A DNA stretch of 32,000 nt from Dickeya solani IPO 2222 (GTDB lineage: Bacteria; Pseudomonadota; Gammaproteobacteria; Enterobacterales; Enterobacteriaceae), in the NCBI RefSeq assembly GCF_001644705.1, contig NZ_CP015137.1, positions 1,860,001 through 1,892,000 on the forward strand, given 5' to 3'. The position numbers and the translations under genes are program-made. Under the pieces are notes generated by a model. The model made no database searches. It saw only the letters and a list, made by a program, of their open reading frames with translations, and was not told the DNA's origin. This document shows positions 14,291 to 25,042 of this stretch, in pieces. The first letter of the stretch is position 1, and each line of letters begins with the position of its first letter.

Positions 14291-14327
14291 GATAGATAGA
14301 ATAGCAACGAACGATTAGTCCTATCAA
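14291..14327. promoter_or_regulatory. OxyR binding site shared by the divergent oxyR and peroxidase promoters
   Basis: GATAGATAGAATAGCAACGAACGATTAGTCCTATCAA is nearly identical to my recollection of the E. coli oxyR-oxyS operator (GATAGGTAGAATAGCAATGAACGATTATCCCTATCAA). It is followed by GATAAT (14333-14338), a likely -10 for the plus-strand gene. Confidence 0.75.
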
Positions 14328-14419
14328 CCTTTGATAATGAATAATATCCCTAACGAATCGAGTCCTGACCACTGACAGATTCAGCCAAACAGAACTTTTC
14401 GACTAGCAGGGACTGAAAA

Positions 14420-15151
14420 ATGTTTGTAAGCCAAGAAGGCAAAAAAATTCCGTCAGTAACTTTCCATACCCGTCAGGGGGATCAATGGGTTGACGTGACG
14501 ACCGGGGAACTCTTCAACAACAAGACCGTGGTCGTCTTTTCCTTGCCTGGGGCCTTTACACCAACCTGCTCGTCCAGTCATTTGCCACGCTATAACGAGT
14601 TGGCTGCGGTATTCAAGCAATTTGGCGTGGATGCGGTTTTATGTGTATCCGTGAACGATACTTTTGTGATGAATGCCTGGAAAGCCGACCAAGACGCAGA
14701 AAATATTACGTTTATTCCCGATGGCAACGGTGAGTTCACCCGCGCCATGAACATGCTGGTCGAAAAAGCGGAACTGGGCTTCGGTCCCCGCTCCTGGCGC
14801 TACTCCATGCTGGTTCGTCACGGCGTGGTGGAGAAAATGTTTGTTGAACCCAACAAGCCGGGCGACCCGTTTGAAGTTTCCGACGCCGACACCATGCTGA
14901 AGTACCTTGCTCCCCACTATAAGGTTCAGGAATCTGTTTCACTGTTTACCAAGTCCGGCTGCCCGTTTTGCGCCAAAGCCAAACAGTTGCTGCAGGATCG
15001 CGGTATTCAATACGAAGAAATCATGCTGGGTAAGGATGCGACCACGGTGAGCCTGCGGGCCGTGACCGGGCGTAGCACCGTTCCCCAGGTATTCATGGGC
15101 GGCCGTCATATTGGCGGCAGCGAAGAACTCGAAACCTTCCTGACCACATAA
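14420..15151 (+). CDS. pgdX: Hybrid peroxiredoxin (Prx5-type)/glutaredoxin, glutathione-dependent peroxidase
   Basis: The N-terminal domain has [19 protein letters not shown] (peroxidatic Cys). The C-terminal domain has the Grx motif [12 protein letters not shown] and [14 protein letters not shown]. It aligns end to end with my recollection of Haemophilus influenzae PGdx (HI0572). AGGGA lies about 6 nt upstream of the ATG. Confidence 0.9.
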   Translation: MFVSQEGKKIPSVTFHTRQGDQWVDVTTGELFNNKTVVVFSLPGAFTPTCSSSHLPRYNELAAVFKQFGVDAVLCVSVNDTFVMNAWKADQDAENITFIPDGNGEFTRAMNMLVEKAELGFGPRSWRYSMLVRHGVVEKMFVEPNKPGDPFEVSDADTMLKYLAPHYKVQESVSLFTKSGCPFCAKAKQLLQDRGIQYEEIMLGKDATTVSLRAVTGRSTVPQVFMGGRHIGGSEELETFLTT

Positions 15152-15176
15152 TTTTTTGTAAAGCCAACGAAACTTT

Positions 15177-15203
15177 GGCGGGCTTCGGCCCGCCCTTTTT
15201 TTA
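15177..15203 (+). terminator. Rho-independent terminator of the peroxidase gene
   Basis: GGCGGGC-TTCG-GCCCGCC hairpin (15177-15194) followed by CTTTTTTT. Confidence 0.85.
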
Positions 15204-15237
15204 TCTTCGAATACCGTGTTTTATCTTCGAATACCGT
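15199..15237. repeat. Exact 19-bp direct repeat in tandem (period 20 bp, 2 copies)
   Basis: TTTTATCTTCGAATACCGT occurs at 15199-15217 and again at 15219-15237. Confidence 0.9.
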
Positions 15238-15261
15238 TACTCACGCCGACATACCCCATGC

Positions 15262-15302
15262 CTTAAACACAAATGCCCGCCCGGATATCTCCGGGCGGGC
15301 AT
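15262..15302 (-). terminator. Rho-independent terminator of metF
   Basis: The minus strand reads ATGCCCGCCCGG-AGATAT-CCGGGCGGGCAT followed by TTGTGTTT. It lies 25 nt after the metF stop. Confidence 0.8.
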
Positions 15303-15326
15303 TGGGCACTATAGTCGGTGGGGAAA

Positions 15327-16232
<906 letters not shown>

Positions 16233-16263
16233 TCAATTCGCCATTGTCATCGTTATTTTCCAT

Positions 16264-16295
16264 AAACGTCTATACGTTTAGACGTCTATATAGAA
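16264..16295. promoter_or_regulatory. Tandem MetJ boxes upstream of metF
   Basis: Contiguous 8-bp units AAACGTCT ATACGTTT AGACGTCT ATATAGAA compare with the met-box consensus AGACGTCT. They lie 41-72 nt upstream of the metF ATG. Confidence 0.75.
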
Positions 16296-16504
16296 AATGA
16301 CCGAATCCGCCTAAAGAGTCAACGCTTTTCAGCGTGATAAATGCTGATGTTTGCTCATGCAAGATGAAGAAAATTCATGGTAGTGGACAGCAGATCGTCA
16401 TGCCCCATCACAGAAAAAACACACATGAAATATAAGGAATACACCTCAGTATTGGCAAAAAACGCGCCCCTCGCCACTGGATGAGTCGAAGGCGTAGAGA
16501 AGGC

Positions 16505-16531
16505 GTAAAAAAGCCCGCGGCTGCGGGCTTC
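16505..16531 (-). terminator. Rho-independent terminator of metBL
   Basis: The minus strand reads AAGCCCGC-AGCC-GCGGGCTT followed by TTTTT. It lies about 40 nt after the metL stop. Confidence 0.85.
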
Positions 16532-16572
16532 AGGACATGATGGCTAACGTTCTCTGATTTCAGATGACGCGA

Positions 16573-19008
16573 TTACAGCAGTTGCGCCAGCCGATTGAGA
16601 TCCGACTGAATCGCCCCGGCCGTCACGTCGCGACCAGCTCCTGGGCCGCGAATCACCAGCGGGTTGTCGCGATACCAGCGGCTTTCGATGGCGAACACGT
16701 TATCGCACGGCAACAACGCCGCCAGCGGATGATCCGCCCGCACGGCTTCCACGCCCACGCGCGCCTTGCCGTTGACATCGAAGCGGGCGACATAGCGCAG
16801 CACCAGCCCCATCTCGTTGGCGGCTTCCAGCCGCTGCAACATATGCTGATTCAGCGGCTCGCCGTCTTCAAAGAATTGATCCACCGAACCGTTCTCGCAT
16901 CCGGCAGGCACCAGCGATTCCACCCGCACCTGATTGGGCTCGATCTCGTAACCTGCCTCGCGCGCCAGAATAACCAGCTTGCGCATCACGTCCTGACCGG
17001 AAAGATCGACGCGCGGATCCGGCTCTGTCAATCCCTGCTGCCAGGCTTGATCCACCAGTTCGGTAAAAGGCACCGTTCCGTCAAACTGCAGGAACAGCCA
17101 TGATAACGTGCCGGAGAAGATACCGCTGATAGCCAGAATGCTGTCACCGCTTTCACGCAGATCCCGCACCGCATAGTTCACCGGCAACCCGGCACCGACG
17201 GTGGCGTTGTACAGCCAGTGACGCCCGGTTTTGGCGAACGCGTCACGGATCTGGCGATAATTATCGCCGCCGGATGCGCCCGCCAGTTTGTTGGCACTGA
17301 TCACATGGAAACCATAGCTGGCGAAATCCAGATAGAGATCGGCGACCGACTGGCTGGCGGTGACATCCAGTACCACCAGGTCATCGTACGGATGAGCGCG
17401 CATCCACAGGAACAGCTCATCGTCGTCACGCTCCTGTGCTTCGTCGCCAAAGAAGGCCAGGACACGGCTGGCGTCCAGGCCCTCGTAATTCAGCAGGCTG
17501 CGGGAACTGTCCACCACGCCCGCCAGCGTAAACTCAAAGCCGGTGCGCGCCGAAATCAGGCTTTGCTCACGGGCGAACAGCTCTAGCCAGCGTGAACCGA
17601 TATTACCTTTGCCGAATAGCACCAGCCCGATGCGTTTTTCCGCCCGGAACAGCGAATGATGCAGGCCGCGTACCAGATGCTCGGTCGGCCCCACACGCAG
17701 CACCGCCACCAGGCTGATGTCGTCCTCCGCCTGCCAGACGAACTCAATCGGCTGGTCACGCAGTTGCTGATAGAAACGGTGGCTATGCAGCGGGTTGCGG
17801 CAAACACCCGCCCCCACCAGCGCCACCAGCGCCAGCCCTTCACGCAGATGAAGCGATACCGGCAACGCCGCCTGTTCCAGCACCAGCCAGGCGCTGTGCA
17901 CCACTTCCGAGGTGTAGCACAGCTGCAACAGGTTGCGATCCTGATGCACGCCCAGCGCCAACGGCCGGATCTGGGATTTTTGCAGTAACTGCTCGACATC
18001 GTTGTGCATGCGGACAAAATCGTGCTCCGCCGGGATGCCGATTTCAATCAGGCAAACGTCATCATGACTGGTGACGATCTTGGCGCCGGTGCCAGAGGCC
18101 AGCACGCGTTCAATGCGGGTCGACCCTTGTTCGGGCTGGTAACTGCACCGCAATTGCAGATCGATATCGCTGCCGGAAACCGGCTGCAGGGTGCGGGCAT
18201 GCAATACCGGCGCCGCCAGGCGGGCCAGCTCACTGGCTTCATCCAGCCGCAGCAGCGGCAGCAGGCAGGCATCCTTGACCTTGCGCGGGTCAGCGCTGTA
18301 GACGCCGGCCACGTCGCTCCAGATGGTAACGCGCTCGACGCCAGCCAACGCACCAATCTGCGTGGCGGAATAGTCGCTGCCGTTACGGCCCAGCAGGACG
18401 GTTTCGCCGGCATCGTTACTGCTGATAAAACCGGTAATCACCAGACGTTGCCCGGCATGCTGGGCCAGCAATTGTTGCAGCAGCGGCCAGGAACAGCCTT
18501 CATCGACCTGCGGCTGCGCCGCACGCTCGGCGCGCAGAAAGGTACGGGCATCCAGCCAGGCGGCGGGCAAGTTTTTCTGATTCAGCACCGACGCCATCAG
18601 ACGGGCGGACCAGATTTCGCCATGCCCGACTACTTCAGCATAGGCCGCATCGGTTACCTTGCCATCCAGCAACGCGGCCAGGCGTTCCAGATCGCGAATG
18701 AATTGATTGATAAGCGGCGCTGCCGTTTCGGCCGGCAGCAAACCGGAAATCAGCTCGCTTTGATAACGGCGCAGCGATTGTTGCACCTGATGGGCGGAAA
18801 TCCGGTCGGACTGGCTGAGGTTCAACCAGCTGATCAACTGGTTGGTGGTGCTGCCGGCCGCCGATACCACCATCAAATCGCCCGCCTGGCTGTAATCCGC
18901 CATGATGCCGGCGACACGTTGATAACATTTCACATCAGCCAGGCTACTGCCGCCGAATTTGTGCAGTTGCCGTCCCTTCACGGCCGCTGCTATCCCTAAC
19001 GCACTCAT
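16573..19008 (-). CDS. metL: Bifunctional aspartokinase II / homoserine dehydrogenase II
   Basis: The 811-aa product, KGRQLHKFGGSSLADVKCYQRVAGIM..GAIQSDLNRLAQLL, is collinear with E. coli MetL (810 aa). Confidence 0.96.
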   Translation of the reverse strand: MSALGIAAAVKGRQLHKFGGSSLADVKCYQRVAGIMADYSQAGDLMVVSAAGSTTNQLISWLNLSQSDRISAHQVQQSLRRYQSELISGLLPAETAAPLINQFIRDLERLAALLDGKVTDAAYAEVVGHGEIWSARLMASVLNQKNLPAAWLDARTFLRAERAAQPQVDEGCSWPLLQQLLAQHAGQRLVITGFISSNDAGETVLLGRNGSDYSATQIGALAGVERVTIWSDVAGVYSADPRKVKDACLLPLLRLDEASELARLAAPVLHARTLQPVSGSDIDLQLRCSYQPEQGSTRIERVLASGTGAKIVTSHDDVCLIEIGIPAEHDFVRMHNDVEQLLQKSQIRPLALGVHQDRNLLQLCYTSEVVHSAWLVLEQAALPVSLHLREGLALVALVGAGVCRNPLHSHRFYQQLRDQPIEFVWQAEDDISLVAVLRVGPTEHLVRGLHHSLFRAEKRIGLVLFGKGNIGSRWLELFAREQSLISARTGFEFTLAGVVDSSRSLLNYEGLDASRVLAFFGDEAQERDDDELFLWMRAHPYDDLVVLDVTASQSVADLYLDFASYGFHVISANKLAGASGGDNYRQIRDAFAKTGRHWLYNATVGAGLPVNYAVRDLRESGDSILAISGIFSGTLSWLFLQFDGTVPFTELVDQAWQQGLTEPDPRVDLSGQDVMRKLVILAREAGYEIEPNQVRVESLVPAGCENGSVDQFFEDGEPLNQHMLQRLEAANEMGLVLRYVARFDVNGKARVGVEAVRADHPLAALLPCDNVFAIESRWYRDNPLVIRGPGAGRDVTAGAIQSDLNRLAQLL

Positions 19009-19010
19009 TG

Positions 19011-20171
19011 TTACCTCTTGGCTGCTGCCTGAAATGCTCTGTCCAAATCGGCAACCAGATCGTCGCCGTCTTCAATCCCGACAGAAATACGCAATAACGT
19101 CTCCGAGATACCGGCGGCGGCGCGCGCTTGCGGCGCCATGCCGGCGTGGGTCATGGTAGCAGCATGAGAAATCAGGCTCTCGACGCCGCCCAGCGATTCC
19201 GCCAGCGTGAACAATTCCAGTGCGGCCAGAAAACGGCGCAGGGTACCTTCATCACCATCCAGCTCAAAACTCAGCATCGCGCCAAAACCGGACTGCTGCC
19301 GACGAGCAATCTCATGACCGGCATTCCCGGGCAAAGAAGGATGATACAACGTCTTCACCAGTGGCTGATGCTGCAAATACTCCACAATTTGCAGCGCATT
19401 CTTCTGCGCCACCGTCATACGCGGCGACAACGTACGCAGACCGCGCAGCAACAGGTAGCTGTCAAAGGCTGCGCCGGTCACGCCAATATTGTTGGCCCAC
19501 CAGGCCAGCTCCGTCACCACCTCGGGATCGCGGGCGATAACCGCGCCGGCTACCACGTCCGAATGTCCATTGAGGTATTTGGTGCAAGAGTGCAACACCA
19601 CATCCGCCCCCAGCTTCAGCGGATTTTGCAGCGCCGGGCTCAGGAAGGTGTTATCCACCACGCTCACTGCGCCCGCTTCGCGCGCCGCCTGGCAGATGGC
19701 CGCGATATCCACCACGCGCAGCAACGGGTTACTGGGGCTTTCCACCAGCACCAGCTTCGGTTTTTCCGCCAGCGCCGCCTTCAGGTCGGCCGCATTGCCC
19801 TGATCGACGAATTTCACCCGGTAGGCGCCGCGTTTGCTCAGGCTATCGAACAGCCGGTAGCTACCGCCGTAGCAATCGTGCGGAGCCACCAGCAGGTCGC
19901 CAGGCCGCAAAAACACCGTACAAACCAGCAGAATCGCCGACATGCCGCTGCTGGTCATGACCGCGCCCGCGCCGCCCTCCAGCTCCGCCAGCGCGCGTTG
20001 AACAACATCACGGGTCGGGTTGCCGCGCCGGGAATAGTCATGTGCTCTGGGTTCATTAAAACCGGTGAAGTTGTAGGTGCTGGAAAGATGAATCGGGGGA
20101 ACAACGCAACCGAACTGCTCGTCATTGTTTAACCCACTGCGGACTGCGATAGTAGCCTGTTTACGCGTCAT
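19011..20171 (-). CDS. metB: Cystathionine gamma-synthase (PLP-dependent)
   Basis: MTRKQATIAVRSGLNNDEQFGCVVPPIHLSSTYNF..HSCTKYLNGHSDV (PLP lysine motif) aligns with E. coli MetB (386 aa). The stop lies 2 nt before the metL start. Confidence 0.96.
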   Translation of the reverse strand: MTRKQATIAVRSGLNNDEQFGCVVPPIHLSSTYNFTGFNEPRAHDYSRRGNPTRDVVQRALAELEGGAGAVMTSSGMSAILLVCTVFLRPGDLLVAPHDCYGGSYRLFDSLSKRGAYRVKFVDQGNAADLKAALAEKPKLVLVESPSNPLLRVVDIAAICQAAREAGAVSVVDNTFLSPALQNPLKLGADVVLHSCTKYLNGHSDVVAGAVIARDPEVVTELAWWANNIGVTGAAFDSYLLLRGLRTLSPRMTVAQKNALQIVEYLQHQPLVKTLYHPSLPGNAGHEIARRQQSGFGAMLSFELDGDEGTLRRFLAALELFTLAESLGGVESLISHAATMTHAGMAPQARAAAGISETLLRISVGIEDGDDLVADLDRAFQAAAKR

Positions 20172-20232
20172 CGGTGCTTTTCCTGACTGGAAGACTGAGG
20201 TAAAGAGATTAAAGAGTAAACCCGGACGATAT

Positions 20233-20264
20233 AGACGTCAATACATCTGGACTTCTAAACTTCT
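20233..20264. promoter_or_regulatory. Tandem MetJ boxes in the metB/metJ divergent control region
   Basis: Contiguous 8-mers AGACGTCA ATACATCT GGACTTCT AAACTTCT (consensus AGACGTCT) lie between the metB start (20171) and the metJ start (20360). Confidence 0.7.
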
Positions 20265-20359
20265 TTGCGTATAGATTGAGCATCCCTATAATAATCGTTA
20301 GAATTATGGCGTTTTGTGCCAGTGACTGTTTTCATCACGATCAATATTTAAGGTATCCC

Positions 20360-20677
20360 ATGGCTGAGTGGAATGGCGAATACGTAAGCCCATACGCTGA
20401 ACACGGCAAGAAGAGCGAGCAGGTTAAAAAGATCACCGTATCTATCCCGTTGAAGGTATTGAAGATACTGACAGACGAGCGTACCCGTCGTCAGGTCAAC
20501 AACCTGCGTCACGCAACCAATAGCGAGTTACTGTGTGAAGCGTTTTTGCACGCTTTTACCGGCCAACCCTTACCGAATGATGACGACTTGCGTAAAGAGC
20601 GCGACGACGAAATTCCCGATGCCGCCAAGGCAATTATGCGTGAGATGGGGATTGACCCGGATACGTGGGAATACTGA
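20360..20677 (+). CDS. metJ: Methionine repressor
   Basis: [72 protein letters not shown].. is 105 aa and near-identical to E. coli MetJ. The track start at 20276 is an over-extension. Confidence 0.97.
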   Translation: MAEWNGEYVSPYAEHGKKSEQVKKITVSIPLKVLKILTDERTRRQVNNLRHATNSELLCEAFLHAFTGQPLPNDDDLRKERDDEIPDAAKAIMREMGIDPDTWEY

Positions 20678-20716
20678 ATCACCCGTTTGGAGCGGGTGGG
20701 GAAAGACACCGGAGAC

Positions 20717-20748
20717 AACAAAGGCACCCGCAGGTGCCTTTGTTTTGG
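20717..20748. terminator. Bidirectional terminator between metJ and rpmE
   Basis: 12-bp stem AACAAAGGCACC (20717-20728) / GGTGCCTTTGTT (20733-20744) with loop CGCA. T-rich tails are present on both strands. Confidence 0.75.
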
Positions 20749-20750
20749 CT

Positions 20751-20774
20751 GGAAAACCGGTTAACCGGTTTTCC
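20751..20774. other. Perfect 24-bp palindrome (second hairpin or possible binding site)
   Basis: GGAAAACCGGTTAACCGGTTTTCC equals its own reverse complement. It lies 20 nt downstream of the rpmE stop on the minus strand. Confidence 0.6.
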
Positions 20775-20793
20775 GCCCCGGTGCAAAAACCAA

Positions 20794-21009
20794 TTATTTT
20801 TTGGTGCCCGGGACGCTGAAGCGTTTGTTGAAACGCTCAACACGACCACCGGTGTCAACCACACGCTGTTTACCAGTGAAGAACGGGTGGCAAGCACCGC
20901 ACACGTCCAGGTTCAGGTCATGAGCAGCGGTGGAGCGGGTTTTGATGACGTTACCGCAAGAGCAAGTAGCGGTAATTTCAACGTAATTCGGGTGAATACC
21001 TTTTTTCAT
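20794..21009 (-). CDS. rpmE: 50S ribosomal protein L31 (zinc-ribbon type A)
   Basis: [49 protein letters not shown].. aligns with E. coli L31 and has the CxC..CxxC motif. Confidence 0.96.
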   Translation of the reverse strand: MKKGIHPNYVEITATCSCGNVIKTRSTAAHDLNLDVCGACHPFFTGKQRVVDTGGRVERFNKRFSVPGTKK

Positions 21010-21114
21010 GGGAAACCTCTGTTTAAGGCCGTGTCGCTATCCGGCCCTGTTCCGCCAGACACCACACGAAGTTGAGTGAAATGTTCTTTACACCACAAGG
21101 TATAAAGGCGGCGG

Positions 21115-21143
21115 ATCATACAGAAATTAACCACCCGATGCAA
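21115..21143 (-). promoter_or_regulatory. Putative rpmE promoter
   Basis: The minus strand reads TTGCAT (21143-21138), a 17-nt spacer, then TATGAT (21120-21115). This implies a leader of about 100 nt. Confidence 0.5.
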
Positions 21144-21248
21144 TTGAATCCGTACGGACACGTCGCCCCTGATAAACAAGATGGTGCGCAAGATTGCACA
21201 ACGCATCCGCGCACAGTACCGTGACGGCAGACAACCCCTCATGTATGA

Positions 21249-23483
<2,235 letters not shown>

Positions 23484-23495
23484 CCCGATTCTGCA

Positions 23496-23534
23496 CCGCC
23501 GGAATACCTGATGCCAGCAGCGGCGGCGTTTTTT
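23496..23534 (+). terminator. Possible priA terminator
   Basis: CCGCCG (23496-23501) pairs with CGGCGG (23521-23526) and is followed by CG then T6. The 19-nt loop is long, so this is only moderate. Confidence 0.45.
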
Positions 23535-23920
23535 GCGAACAGCACCGAGAAACGAATAATCCAGGCGGCGCCAACGTAAATTATTTGATAAATATTGAAT
23601 GCAATCTGTTAAGAGTGGTGGCGGAAGCAGTATGCTGATCAGGCAGTTGGCACAACACCGCACGCCAGGCGCCGGGTGACAACCCGCCACCCGGTGCTAT
23701 ACCTGTGCATAGGGATACCCGATACTGTCCCCGCCCGCATGGTGCAAGTCTGGGCAGAAGCCCCGAACCGTACGATACTTCACGACAGCACTGCCAGGTC
23801 GTACCCGCGTTTCATGACGGCGTATGGCGGAACCAGACATCCTGTAAAACGGTGGTTAGCCTTTGATGGCGGCCCCCATGACTACAGCGCCAGTAAACGC
23901 TGACGCAAGGAGGAAATGCG

Positions 23921-24991
23921 TTGGAGCAGAAAAAATTCATCCCACCCGCAACGATGAAAGACGTTGCCGACCAGGCTGGCGTGTCCACCGCGACGGTGTC
24001 CCGCGCCTTGACCAATCCAGAGAAGGTGTCGGCCACCACCCGCCAAAAGGTGGAGCAGGCCGCGCTGGCGGTGGGATACTCTGCACAAAATCTTGCCCGT
24101 AATCTGAAGCGACATGAGTCAAGAACGATTCTGGCGCTCGTCCCCAATATCTGCGATCCCTTTTTCACCGAAATGCTGCGCGGCATTGAGGAAACGGCGG
24201 CGGAACGCGGCTATCTGGTGCTGATTGGCGATTGCGCCCACCAGCGTAAAACGGAAAAGACCTTTCTGGACCTGATCACCACCCGGCAGATCGACGGCAT
24301 TCTGCTGCTGGGCTCGCAGTTACCGTTTGATGCCGGCAAAGATGAACGGCGTCATCTGCCCCCGATGGTGATGGCAAATGAGTTCGCCCCTGAACTGGAT
24401 ATGCCCACCGTGCATATTGATAACCTGACCGCGGCATTCGAGGCCGTCAGTTATCTTAATCAACTGGGGCACCGGCGCATCGCCTGTATCGCCGGTCCAG
24501 AACAGATTCCGATCAGCGAATACCGGCTACAGGGCTATATTCAGGCATTACGCCGCTGCGGGCTGGTGATCGACAACCAGTACATCGTACGCGGCGATTT
24601 CAGTTACGACACCGGCTCCCGCGGCCTGATGCGGTTGATGTCGCATCCCACGCCGCCCACCGCCGTTTTCTGCCACTGCGACGTCATGGCGCTGGGCGCG
24701 CTGACGCAGGCGCGCAAAATGGGGCTGGACGTGCCGCGTGATCTATCGCTGGTCGGATTCGATGATATCGCGCAGGCCAGCCACTGCTTTCCGGCGCTAA
24801 CCACCGTTTCCCAGCCGCGCTACGATATTGGCCGCGAGGCCATGCTATTGCTGCTGGCTCAATTGCAGCAACACAAGGTCCAGCGGGGGTCGCGGCTGAT
24901 ATCCAGCCAACTGATTATCCGCGACAGCACCGCCGCGCCACCCCTGCGTGTTACAGGCTTTAAGAATTCAGGTGCTGGTCAAACATTTTAG
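23921..24991 (+). CDS. cytR: LacI-family nucleoside-regulon repressor CytR
   Basis: ..ATMKDVADQAGVSTATVSRALTNPEKVS..ESRTILALVPNICDPFF..LVLIGDCAHQ..PPMVMANEFAPEL..TVHIDNLTAAFEAV.. aligns with E. coli CytR. A TTG start at 23921 sits 7 nt after AAGGAGG and gives the same 11-residue N-terminal lead as E. coli. The alternative ATG is at 23954. The C-terminus is about 15 aa longer than in E. coli. Confidence 0.88.
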   Translation: MEQKKFIPPATMKDVADQAGVSTATVSRALTNPEKVSATTRQKVEQAALAVGYSAQNLARNLKRHESRTILALVPNICDPFFTEMLRGIEETAAERGYLVLIGDCAHQRKTEKTFLDLITTRQIDGILLLGSQLPFDAGKDERRHLPPMVMANEFAPELDMPTVHIDNLTAAFEAVSYLNQLGHRRIACIAGPEQIPISEYRLQGYIQALRRCGLVIDNQYIVRGDFSYDTGSRGLMRLMSHPTPPTAVFCHCDVMALGALTQARKMGLDVPRDLSLVGFDDIAQASHCFPALTTVSQPRYDIGREAMLLLLAQLQQHKVQRGSRLISSQLIIRDSTAAPPLRVTGFKNSGAGQTF

Positions 24992-24996
24992 GGTTC

Positions 24997-25027
24997 AGTA
25001 ACATGGCGACCTGTTACTTATTTTTTT
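24997..25027 (+). terminator. Weak AT-rich hairpin plus T-run after cytR
   Basis: AGTAACA (24997-25003) pairs with TGTTACT (12-18 of 250xx, i.e. 25012-25018) and is followed by TATTTTTTT. It lies only about 15 nt before the ftsN start, so it is possibly an attenuating rather than a full terminator. Confidence 0.4.
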
Positions 25028-25042
25028 CGCAACGAAACGATT

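Noticed and set aside
14243-14419. Search for an oxyS sRNA gene divergent from oxyR.
   Set aside because: There is no similarity to the E. coli oxyS sequence as I recall it. No terminator hairpin lies between the OxyR-dependent promoter and the peroxidase ATG.
16296-16504. Tiny ORFs (19-23 codons, for example ATG at about 16373 and about 16427) in the metL-metF spacer.
   Set aside because: They have no Shine-Dalgarno sequences and there is no independent support. The region is expected to hold the metF promoter and upstream elements.
23711-23845. Motifs in cobalamin-riboswitch order upstream of cytR: AGGGATA .. GGTGCAAGTCTGG .. GCAGAAGCCCCGAACCGTA .. AGCACTGCC .. AACCAGACATCCTGT (B12-box-like).
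   Set aside because: Each element is degenerate and a 24-nt insertion separates AGGGA from GGTG. The hairpin that should close the GGTG..CC loop has only wobble pairs. I can find no P1 partner for the B12-box-like 3' strand, and the GGGAAG motif is missing. This is probably chance. A cmsearch with Rfam RF00174 would settle it: a hit above gathering threshold would overturn this rejection.
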